Assembly (NCBI GenBank): GCA_964651655.1
Contig: CAZYVS010000002.1
Location: forward strand, 29,471 to 93,470
From: an uncultured Candidatus Saccharibacteria bacterium
GTDB taxonomy: Bacteria; Patescibacteriota; Minisyncoccia; Phycocordibacterales; Zambryskibacteraceae
Direction of reading: 5' to 3'
DNA: 64,000 bases
This document shows, piece by piece, positions 29,196-37,243 of this stretch (the first letter of the stretch is position 1; each line of letters begins with the position of its first letter). The position numbers and the translations under genes were made by a program. The notes beneath the pieces were generated by a model. It searched no databases, had not been told where the DNA came from, and saw only the letters and a list, made by a program, of their open reading frames with translations.

Positions 29196-29633
29196 TGTTC
29201 TCCTTGGTTTGGGCGGTTTTGGTCCGTTGTGAGGCACGGCGGTTTTATCTTGAATAGCGGTTAAATTTATACCTTTGGAAATAAAGCCTCTGATAGCCGA
29301 TTCTCGGCCGGAACCAACGCCTTTAATGGCCACCTTGACTTCTTTGACGCCCAAGGCCTGCGCTTTAAGCGCTAAAGTCTCGCCTACCTTGGCAGCCGCA
29401 AACGGCGTACCTTTCTTGGCTCCTTTGAAGCCAAGACTGCCGCTTGAAGACCAGGCTAAAGTATTACCTTTGTTATCAGCCAACATTAGTTTAGTATTGT
29501 TATATGTAGACTCAACATAAAGAACACCCGAGTCGATACGCCTCTTACTTGATTTCTGTTCCTTAGCCGCCTCGGTGTCTGCCGATTTTTCTTCTATTTT
29601 GTCTCTGATTGTAGCTATTTTTTTCTTTCCCAT
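29193..29633 (-). CDS. rpsK: Ribosomal protein S11
   Basis: S11 C-terminal signature; start at MGKKKIATIR. Confidence 0.9.
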   Translation of the reverse strand: MGKKKIATIRDKIEEKSADTEAAKEQKSSKRRIDSGVLYVESTYNNTKLMLADNKGNTLAWSSSGSLGFKGAKKGTPFAAAKVGETLALKAQALGVKEVKVAIKGVGSGRESAIRGFISKGINLTAIQDKTAVPHNGPKPPKPRRT

Positions 29634-29640
29634 TGGATAA

Positions 29641-30018
29641 TTATTTCTTCTCGGCCACCTTGCGTCCCGTACCCATGGTTTTCCTCGCTCCTCGTTTTGT
29701 TCGGGCATTGGATTTGGTGCGCTGACCGTATACCGGAAGATTGCGCATATGGCGCAAGCCCTTATAAGACCTTATCTCTTTCAGTCGTTTAATATTGCCG
29801 GCCACTTCTCTCTTCAAATCACCCTCCAGGGTTAGGCCTTCAATAGCGGAACGAATTTTATTTTCCTCTTCTATGCTGACTTCTTTGGGCTTTTTCCCAA
29901 AAGGCACGCCCGCTTTTTCAAGAATAATTCTGGCTCTTGGACGGCCAATGCCAAAAAGCGTAGTCAGACCGATTTCAAGACGCTTTTCTTCCGGAAGAGT
30001 GATGCCGAGTATTCTCAT
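29641..30018 (-). CDS. rpsM: Ribosomal protein S13
   Basis: MRILGITLPEEKRLEIGLTTLFGIG. Confidence 0.9.
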   Translation of the reverse strand: MRILGITLPEEKRLEIGLTTLFGIGRPRARIILEKAGVPFGKKPKEVSIEEENKIRSAIEGLTLEGDLKREVAGNIKRLKEIRSYKGLRHMRNLPVYGQRTKSNARTKRGARKTMGTGRKVAEKK

Positions 30019-30135
30019 TTAACCTTGTCTTTGTTTATGTCGCGGGTTGGCTTTGCAAGTGACGTAAACATAGCCCCTTCTGCGGACTATCTGGCACTTA
30101 GCGCATAATTTTCTGACCGCCGCCTTGACTTTCAT
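30019..30135 (-). CDS. rpmJ: Ribosomal protein L36 (38 aa; not in the ORF track)
   Basis: Manual translation gives [38 protein letters not shown]. Confidence 0.8.
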   Translation of the reverse strand: MKVKAAVRKLCAKCQIVRRRGYVYVTCKANPRHKQRQG

Positions 30136-30201
30136 AACAAGACTGCATTCTAACTCAACTCTGTTTTTCTGTCTACCCCACCAGACCCCGTCTGATTGGG
30201 T

Positions 30202-30423
30202 TTAGAGTCGTTTGATGATGCGGGCCTTGCCGCCATAAGGCTCCAGTTCTAAAAGCACTTTGTCCCCCACCAAAACTCTGATGCGATGTAGGCGCATTTT
30301 ACCAGAGAGATAAGAGAGAATTTCCTCCTCCGTTTGGTCAAGTTTAACGCGAAACATAATATTGGGTAGAGATTCAATCACAATTCCCGTTCTTTCCAAA
30401 TCAGAGGATTTACTTTGCGGCAT
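30202..30423 (-). CDS. infA: Translation initiation factor IF-1
   Basis: S1-like IF-1 sequence. Confidence 0.9.
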   Translation of the reverse strand: MPQSKSSDLERTGIVIESLPNIMFRVKLDQTEEEILSYLSGKMRLHRIRVLVGDKVLLELEPYGGKARIIKRL

Positions 30424-30426
30424 ATA

Positions 30427-31755
30427 TCATTTGACGGGAAGTTTCTTCAAGAAGATATCGGCGCCATTCTCGGGAAAAGAACTTTTCCAAAATGGTCTGA
30501 TGGTGGCGGTCGCCTTAGCAACAGTCGGATAATTATTAAGAATGGAAGGAAGATCCTGTTTACTTCTCCCCAATAAATCGGCTTTTAGGGCCACCTCGTC
30601 CACATTCCATTCTATCGTCGTCTCACCCCTAACGGAAAAACTGATTTTGTTTGAAGACAGCGGATTAATTGACGCGTTGTTTGTCAAAGCAAATTCAAGC
30701 GAGTCGAGTTTATCGATATTCAGCGATTCACCGGCCGCTAAAGTGACTTTGTCAACAACCAATTCACGAGACAGATCGCTTCTTTTGAACATAACTCCGG
30801 CCAAGTCAGCAGACATATTTATCATCACCCCTTCCCCGTTGGTTGGAACCGATTGAGGCAACTCTTTAAAAGTGACCGAGGAAAGAGACGGCAACAAGAT
30901 AAAGTCTTCCGGCACTTGAGCTTTGGCTTCGGAAATTAATCCTTCTTTGAGCGCGGTTTCAAGTTGCTCTCTGACTCGCGCCCCATCTTCACTTTTGATT
31001 ATCTTTTCCGTACCGGAAAAGCCGCCGGACATTTCGGTCTTAGAACGAGCATACACGGAGGCAAACAGCGAAGTGCCCTTAAGCCCGGGAAGAGTAAAAT
31101 CGGCAAACCCGATATTGAATCCTTGGCCGGGACGTTCGGCATAGACCACCACTTCCAGAGCGCCCAATTTTTCTTCACCGTTGACCAGTTTCTTGCCGGG
31201 AATAACAATGGCATCCGGGACTTGATAAATTTTACCGTCCGGGGTTTCAAAACGCGTCGTGGCCCTCAACCTCTGTTCAACGATACTGGCATTATAGACA
31301 ACAATGGTGCCGCTAGCTTTTCTTTCTACTTCCTGTTCTCCGGATGTGGACACTTCTTGACCTTTCTCCATAGAAAGTTTAACAATGCTAAAAAGAAGTC
31401 CGCTCTCGCCCTCCTTGCGCGCCTCATACAAGCCACCGTCAAAAGACACTGCTTGAGATTTAGGCACATAGGCCAACGTGGCGCCGCCAAATACGGAAAG
31501 TATAGGAAAAATGAGTATCAGGACGGCGATGCCGATTGCTATCCACTTGCGTCTGCCCCGGCTATTGGCGGAACTACCGCCGTTTGGCGGAAAATTGAAA
31601 CTATTATCAGGCGATGAATCATTAAACGAATAATTTTCTTTTGAAGTTTGGGGCATTTCGCGACGCTCGATTCTGCGACGTCCCTCGGGAATAGGAATGT
31701 CCCGAATGCTTCTTTTTCTCTCTGGCACGACTATGTCTTCAATATGTTTCGGCAT
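30427..31755 (-). CDS. Hypothetical membrane-anchored protein (442 aa) at the position usually held by secY/adk/map
   Basis: Basic N-terminus, one TM helix, and a large extracytoplasmic domain with no recognisable motifs. Confidence 0.5.
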   Translation of the reverse strand: MPKHIEDIVVPERKRSIRDIPIPEGRRRIERREMPQTSKENYSFNDSSPDNSFNFPPNGGSSANSRGRRKWIAIGIAVLILIFPILSVFGGATLAYVPKSQAVSFDGGLYEARKEGESGLLFSIVKLSMEKGQEVSTSGEQEVERKASGTIVVYNASIVEQRLRATTRFETPDGKIYQVPDAIVIPGKKLVNGEEKLGALEVVVYAERPGQGFNIGFADFTLPGLKGTSLFASVYARSKTEMSGGFSGTEKIIKSEDGARVREQLETALKEGLISEAKAQVPEDFILLPSLSSVTFKELPQSVPTNGEGVMINMSADLAGVMFKRSDLSRELVVDKVTLAAGESLNIDKLDSLEFALTNNASINPLSSNKISFSVRGETTIEWNVDEVALKADLLGRSKQDLPSILNNYPTVAKATATIRPFWKSSFPENGADIFLKKLPVK

Positions 31756-31770
31756 GTCAAAAATTATAAC

Positions 31771-31796
31771 TTATTTATAGTGAGCTTGTCGAATTA
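31771..31796 (-). promoter_or_regulatory. Conserved intercistronic motif, copy e (alaS stop to the hypothetical gene)
   Basis: Coding-strand TAATTCGACAAGCTCACTATAAATAA, then a second TTATAAT 7 nt before the ATG. Confidence 0.55.
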
Positions 31797-33068
31797 TTTT
31801 TTAAATTTACGCCTTCCACCGGAACGCGAGATAGTTTGGTGTTTGCTCATTTCTTTGTCAAAAGCGGCGCGGTCGATTTTTATGCCCTTCTCCCCGGCCA
31901 GCTCTTCAGTCAATTCTATCGGGAAACCATAACTTGTGAAGAGGATAAAAGGATCAACCCCCTTATCAAACTGTTTGAGGCCTGATTCCAAAGTTTTGCC
32001 GAATTTTTCAATTTCCGTTGAGATAATATCCGCTATCGCCGGATTAAAGACATAAAGTCCCTTATAACTTTCATGATTAGAAACGGCTTTTGCCAGAGAA
32101 TTTATTGTTTTTAGATCACCTCCTATTTTTCTAACATGAACATAAGCGCGGCGAAGAAGCCGTCGTAAAATGTAACCCCGGCCGGTATTTGACGGTAAAA
32201 CACCGTCGCTTAGCGCAAAGACCGATGTTCGTATATGGTCGGCGATAATTCGTTTAGATCGGGTGAGAACGGAATCAAAACCATCAAACACCGAAATAAG
32301 CGGCGCAAACAGATCGGTGTCAAAAATATTATTTTTATTTTGAAGCGCCATAGTTAAACGCTCCAGCCCGGCGCCCGTATCAACATTTTTTTGTGATAAT
32401 TTATTTGTAATTTTTCCGTCTTTCTTCTCATATTCCATAAAGACATCGTTCCAAACTTCTACTACTTTCTGTTCTTTATCGGCCCTTTCATATTCTTGTT
32501 TGGTTAAATTTCCCAAGCCTTCGAGAGTAACGTCATAAAACATTTCCGTGTCCGGTCCGCACGGTCCGCTTTCTCCCGCGCTCCACCAATTTGATTTGGC
32601 TCCCAAAAAAAAGATTCTGTTCTTCGGCATATACTTCTGCCAAATTTTAAAAGCTTCTTCATCTTTCGGGGCATTTTCATCTCCCTCAAACACAGTAACG
32701 TAGAGTCGTTTAGGATCCAGGCCAAATCCTTCCTCTTTGTTTGTCAATAATTCATAACTCCACTGAATTGCTTCTTCTTTAAAGTAATCACCTAGAGACC
32801 AGTTACCAAGCATCTCAAAAAAAGTATCGTGAGTATTATCACCGACTTCGTTAATATCTTGGGTGCGTACACACTTCTGAATATTTACCAAACGTCTGCC
32901 TTGCGGATGTTTCTTACCCATAAGATATGGCACTAGAGGTTGCATCCCGGCGGTGGTGAATAGAACTGAAGAGTCATTCTCCGGCACGAGCGAGGCCGAC
33001 GGGATAACTGTGTGTCCCCGGTTCTCGAAAAAAGTCAGGAATCGCCGCCGAATTTCTTCAGATTGCAT
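31794..33068 (-). CDS. alaS: Alanyl-tRNA synthetase, N-terminal catalytic plus tRNA-recognition domains only (no editing or C-Ala domains)
   Basis: EIRRRFLTFFENRGHTVIPSASLVPENDSSVLFTTAGM and ADHIRTSVFALSDGVLPSNTGRGYILRRLLRR align to AlaRS residues 1 to about 455. The ORF ends there. Confidence 0.8.
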   Translation of the reverse strand: MQSEEIRRRFLTFFENRGHTVIPSASLVPENDSSVLFTTAGMQPLVPYLMGKKHPQGRRLVNIQKCVRTQDINEVGDNTHDTFFEMLGNWSLGDYFKEEAIQWSYELLTNKEEGFGLDPKRLYVTVFEGDENAPKDEEAFKIWQKYMPKNRIFFLGAKSNWWSAGESGPCGPDTEMFYDVTLEGLGNLTKQEYERADKEQKVVEVWNDVFMEYEKKDGKITNKLSQKNVDTGAGLERLTMALQNKNNIFDTDLFAPLISVFDGFDSVLTRSKRIIADHIRTSVFALSDGVLPSNTGRGYILRRLLRRAYVHVRKIGGDLKTINSLAKAVSNHESYKGLYVFNPAIADIISTEIEKFGKTLESGLKQFDKGVDPFILFTSYGFPIELTEELAGEKGIKIDRAAFDKEMSKHQTISRSGGRRKFKK

Positions 33069-33086
33069 TAGATGAATATAACACAA

Positions 33087-33668
33087 TTAAACGAGAGTCT
33101 TAAGCACTTTGAAATCTTCTTTAAGAGTCTCGAGAAGATGCTGGTTATAAATGGCCGCCGCCGGATGATAGAAAGGCGTAAATTTAAAATCCTTCGCCTG
33201 AAATACTTTGCCATGTAGAGCGCTGATGGATGAAAGCTCATTTTCAAGACCGTAACGATTCATGACGTATTGCATGGAAAACCGGCCAAGCGTGGCTATA
33301 ACTTTCGGTTTAATGATTCCAATTTGACGATCCAGAAACGGGGCGTAAATCTCTATCTCGTCCGGATAGGGATCACGGTTTCCGGGCGGGCGGTCTTTGA
33401 CAACATTGGTTACGTAGACGTTTTTTCTTTCTATACCGACGTGAGCCAGAAGCAGATCAAGCACCTTCCCCGCCCGCCCGCAAAACGGCCTGCCGGTTTT
33501 GGCCTCATTTTCTCCCGGTGCCTCGCCGATAAACATCACTATCGCCGAATGATTGCCTTCCCCTATTACCGGGAAATATTTATTTTGCACCCGCTCGGCA
33601 TAAAGCGGCGAAGCCTTGAGGGCGACAACCTCATTCTTAATTTTTTTTAATTCCTCATCACAATTCAT
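33087..33668 (-). CDS. Uracil-DNA glycosylase, family 4
   Basis: GEAPGENEAKTGRPFCGRAGKVL motif. Confidence 0.8.
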   Translation of the reverse strand: MNCDEELKKIKNEVVALKASPLYAERVQNKYFPVIGEGNHSAIVMFIGEAPGENEAKTGRPFCGRAGKVLDLLLAHVGIERKNVYVTNVVKDRPPGNRDPYPDEIEIYAPFLDRQIGIIKPKVIATLGRFSMQYVMNRYGLENELSSISALHGKVFQAKDFKFTPFYHPAAAIYNQHLLETLKEDFKVLKTLV

Positions 33669-34497
33669 TTATTTCGTTCATGACCGGTTCAATATTAAAA
33701 TTCTTACCAAGAAATTCATTCAATAATTTAGGATGCTTCTTAACATCCGAACAGAGAACAATCCTCTTCTCAAGAAGCGTCTTCTTATCGGCAGTCGAAA
33801 GCGAAACCAGGCAAGTCACGGGATGAAGCGCTTCGTTTTCAATCATCTCTTGCAAACCGGCATTTTCCGGATAATTCCATCCTATCATGGTTAAATTATT
33901 ACAAAGACCATAATGAATGGCCGTACTTGAAAATTTGGTATTGGTGACAAGCCAGCAATCGGTAACGTGCCTATTAGAACCGCCATAATCAAAAACGTTG
34001 CCGCGTAAATCGTCAAACCTTGCCTTGATATAAAGAACCACTTTCAAATCGGACTTTGTACCCAGACCATTATGAAATTTTGCTTCAATCATAATAAGTT
34101 CTTTTTCATTGTAGGCCACCACGTCTACTTCGTGCGCCACACATTCGCCAAGCACGGTTTGACGAGTCTGACACTTATAACCTTTGGCTTCAAGCACTCT
34201 GGCGATAAAATCTTCAAACGGAAAGCCTGAAGGTCCGAGATCCATCACCGCCCGACGAAGAGAATAACTTCTGGCAATCGGCTTGCTTATTTTTTGCAGA
34301 ATGGAAAAGGCGTGTCTGTAGATATCATTGGTTGTCATGTCGTCATGGAGTTCCGGCAAAATATGAGACATCACCTGCTCTACAGCTTCCTCCGTTGCGC
34401 CGGCATGAAAAAGAGAGTATCGGAGTTTTTCTTCATCAAAAATTTCCCGCTCTCCATTTGCCTTGAGAATTGTTACTTGTTTGGTTAGTTGCACCAT
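33658..34497 (-). CDS. ATP-cone domain fused to a PD-(D/E)xK (Mrr-like) restriction-endonuclease-fold domain
   Basis: The N-terminus ILKANGEREIFDEEKLRYSL is ATP-cone-like. The central FEDFIARVLEAKGY...VDVVAY...IMIEAKF has a D...ExK core. TATAAT lies 6 nt before the ATG. Confidence 0.55.
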   Translation of the reverse strand: MVQLTKQVTILKANGEREIFDEEKLRYSLFHAGATEEAVEQVMSHILPELHDDMTTNDIYRHAFSILQKISKPIARSYSLRRAVMDLGPSGFPFEDFIARVLEAKGYKCQTRQTVLGECVAHEVDVVAYNEKELIMIEAKFHNGLGTKSDLKVVLYIKARFDDLRGNVFDYGGSNRHVTDCWLVTNTKFSSTAIHYGLCNNLTMIGWNYPENAGLQEMIENEALHPVTCLVSLSTADKKTLLEKRIVLCSDVKKHPKLLNEFLGKNFNIEPVMNEINEL

Positions 34498-34593
34498 TCT
34501 AGTATTATACCTCACGACAATATCTCATTCATCACTCCGCCACTGAAACAGATTTTTTCACACACTCACCCTCGTTCATAGTTAAAATATCAT

Positions 34594-34631
34594 ATACGTT
34601 ACTTTTATGCGACCGCATTATTTTAACGTAT
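34594..34631. promoter_or_regulatory. 38-bp palindromic operator-like element, copy B (upstream of the ATP-cone nuclease gene)
   Basis: ATACGTTACTTTTATGCG-AC-CGCATTATTTTAACGTAT. Confidence 0.5.
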
Positions 34632-34661
34632 ATGTAAATAGAAATGGCATAGGAATTTTAA

Positions 34662-35228
34662 TTAAATTAATCCGAACTCTTCTCGCAGATGTTTATCGTT
34701 TTCCAGTTCATCAACAATCATGTATAAAAGATACTTACCTATTCTGAAATCAGTTTTGAGTAGAGTAATAATGTCTTCACAATCATAAGGATATATCCAA
34801 ACACTGTTTTGAAGACGTCGAATACCGGTCTGTCTAAAGAGTATGGTTAAATCATCTCTTGCCTTCTTTTTCTTTTCTGGAATATCAAAAATAATCACTC
34901 TCCATTTCTTATCCCATCTTTTGGGTTTTTGCAATTGGAAATCAGCGAATTGCCAACGGCGCAAGAGACTTTCCCCTTTTAAAGTCAGTTGATATCTCTT
35001 GCCGTCGTAGAAAAGTAATCCACGCTTAACAAGTTTACTGGCCGAGGAACCAATATACTCTTTTTGTCTCTTGTTTGGAAGAATGCCAAGCTTGGCAAGC
35101 GCTCCTATGACATTTGGAGCAACCAGAGCCACACTCAACATGCCCGCGACTGCCACAGTTTGCAAAATTACGTGTTGCAAATTTTTACGCTTTGATTTCT
35201 TACGGCTTTTATTCTCTAATTTACCCAT
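34662..35228 (-). CDS. wHTH plus Cas2/VapD-like fold protein (PaaX-like architecture); putative regulator
   Basis: The C-terminal half WRVIIFDIPEKKKKARDDLTILFRQTGIRRLQNSVWIYP resembles Cas2 or the PaaX C-terminus. The N-terminal half is wHTH-like. The gene is flanked by palindromic elements. Confidence 0.5.
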   Translation of the reverse strand: MGKLENKSRKKSKRKNLQHVILQTVAVAGMLSVALVAPNVIGALAKLGILPNKRQKEYIGSSASKLVKRGLLFYDGKRYQLTLKGESLLRRWQFADFQLQKPKRWDKKWRVIIFDIPEKKKKARDDLTILFRQTGIRRLQNSVWIYPYDCEDIITLLKTDFRIGKYLLYMIVDELENDKHLREEFGLI

Positions 35229-35264
35229 ACGTCACTTTTATGCGACCGCTTTATTATAACGTAT
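35227..35264. promoter_or_regulatory. 38-bp palindromic operator-like element, copy C (abuts the regulator's start codon and contains TATAAT)
   Basis: ATACGTCACTTTTATGCG-AC-CGCTTTATTATAACGTAT. Confidence 0.5.
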
Positions 35265-35289
35265 TATCCATAATTCTATTTACAGAGTT

Positions 35290-36417
35290 TTATTCCAAAA
35301 CCTTATCCATCACTCCGCCACCGAGACATGTCTCGGCATCATAAAATACTATTGATTGACCGAGTGAGAGTCCGCGTATCGGTTTCTTGAACTTCACCTC
35401 CACCCTGTTAAACACTCGGTGTTTAACATTTATGGGAAGTTTTTCACCTCGATGTCGTATCCGAGCAAACAATCGGGTTGTCTTTGGTTTGTTGATCCAA
35501 TTCACACTCTTGACCATAATTCGTGTTGGCGAATGTGATATTATCTCCGGTTTTTCATTTGAAACAGTAATAGTATTTGCCTTAATATCTTTGGACAAGA
35601 CATAAAAAGCTTTATCTTTCGGTAATTTCTTAGTGATTTCAAAACCGTGCCTTTCCCCTATGGTATATAGAAGAGCACCCTTGTGAGTACCTACAATGTT
35701 ACCGTGGGTATTTAATACTTTGCCTGGTTTGGTTGAAATAAAATGGGAAAGAAATTCATCCATCGGCACTTCGCCGATAAAACAGATTCCCTGGCTATCT
35801 TTCTTCTCAGAAACCGGCAAACGGTATTGGCGCGCCAACCTTCGCACCTCGCTCTTTTTCAAATCACCAATAGGAAAAATGGCATGGGAGAGATCATTTT
35901 GAGTTAGAGTCCATAGAAAATAGCTTTGATCTTTTTCTTTATCTTTTCCCTCCAACAACCGATAGCACAGAGGTTTAACCTTTGTAGATTCCCGAAGGTT
36001 AAACCTCTGTGCTGAAGCATAATGCCCAGTAGCAATATAATCCGCTCCCATTTTCTCGGCCTCTCTCCAGAACGTACCAAATTTAATTTCTCTATTGCAA
36101 AGCACATCTGGATTTGGTGTCCGGCCAAACTTGTATTCTGATATCATTTTATCTACTACACCACTCTTATACTCAGCTTCGAAATCAAAAAAGAGAAACG
36201 GGATGTCCAGTGCAATTGCCACTTTCATCGCATCGCGTCTTTCGTCTCTCCAACTGCAAGGTAAAAAATCCGGTTGCCAGACCTTTATAAATACACCCGT
36301 CACATCATGGCCAGTCTTTTTCAAAAGCGCGGCGCTCACCGCGGAATCCACTCCCCCAGAAAGACCAACAAAAACTTTGCGACTAGAGATATTGGGCGAT
36401 ATTTTTTTTATGTTCAT
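35290..36417 (-). CDS. mnmA: tRNA-specific 2-thiouridylase
   Basis: VFVGLSGGVDSAVSAALL PP-loop and MnmA family sequence throughout. Confidence 0.85.
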   Translation of the reverse strand: MNIKKISPNISSRKVFVGLSGGVDSAVSAALLKKTGHDVTGVFIKVWQPDFLPCSWRDERRDAMKVAIALDIPFLFFDFEAEYKSGVVDKMISEYKFGRTPNPDVLCNREIKFGTFWREAEKMGADYIATGHYASAQRFNLRESTKVKPLCYRLLEGKDKEKDQSYFLWTLTQNDLSHAIFPIGDLKKSEVRRLARQYRLPVSEKKDSQGICFIGEVPMDEFLSHFISTKPGKVLNTHGNIVGTHKGALLYTIGERHGFEITKKLPKDKAFYVLSKDIKANTITVSNEKPEIISHSPTRIMVKSVNWINKPKTTRLFARIRHRGEKLPINVKHRVFNRVEVKFKKPIRGLSLGQSIVFYDAETCLGGGVMDKVLE

Positions 36418-37243
36418 CAAAGGTTTTGGCATAATGCATTTTTCCATCCTTGCCTGTCAAGAAATACAAATAGGGTGTCGGGGTCGGATGAAGCGCCGCT
36501 TTAATCGAGACTAATCCGGGATTGTTGATGGGATTTTTGGGCAGACCGACAAATTTGTAAGTGCTGGTTTCCGAATCCACCTGCAAGGGCATCCCCATGT
36601 CAAGCCGTTTCCAGAGAATATCCGAGGCCATTTCCCGATCCTCTTTAGTTTGGGTTTCCGCTTCAAGAAGCGAGGCGATGATAATAATTTCTTCCAGGAT
36701 CCGACCCGAAGATTTTATTTCGGGCAAAGTTGAAGAAATTTTGCGAGTAAAATTATCGTTCATCAATTTAATGGTCGAAGAAGCCGTGGCGGTCACGGGT
36801 ATAAAGTAAGTATCGGGGAAAAGATACCCTTCCGGGGCCAAGGCCACAAAATTCTCGCGATCAAAGAATTTAAATCTATCGTCAAAAAGTGAAGAAATTT
36901 TTAGAACGTTGAAACCTTCCGGAATAGTTAGTTTAATTGTCTCCACATCATAATCTCCGCGGAAAATCCGCCAAGCAATGGTAAAAACGTTTTGCGGGCC
37001 AGACATTAAATATTGACCAGCTTTCATGGCGCGTTCGCCGCCGAGCAGAATCGCCGTTGCTCGAAACCAGAATGGAGAACGTATCGCTCTTTCCTCCCGT
37101 AATTTCTCCGCGAGAGAATAAAGTTCGGTCCCTTCCGGAACGGTAATCATGGCGCCTGAAGGAAATGCCAGGGGAGGAGTAGTAAAGAATGAGGCGACAA
37201 TAAACAGTATTATTCCCGCTAAAAGAGAAAGAATCTTTAGCAT
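36383..37243 (-). CDS. mltG: Endolytic murein transglycosylase (YceG-like)
   Basis: N-terminal TM and the PEGYLFPDTYF signature. Confidence 0.8.
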   Translation of the reverse strand: MLKILSLLAGIILFIVASFFTTPPLAFPSGAMITVPEGTELYSLAEKLREERAIRSPFWFRATAILLGGERAMKAGQYLMSGPQNVFTIAWRIFRGDYDVETIKLTIPEGFNVLKISSLFDDRFKFFDRENFVALAPEGYLFPDTYFIPVTATASSTIKLMNDNFTRKISSTLPEIKSSGRILEEIIIIASLLEAETQTKEDREMASDILWKRLDMGMPLQVDSETSTYKFVGLPKNPINNPGLVSIKAALHPTPTPYLYFLTGKDGKMHYAKTFDEHKKNIAQYL

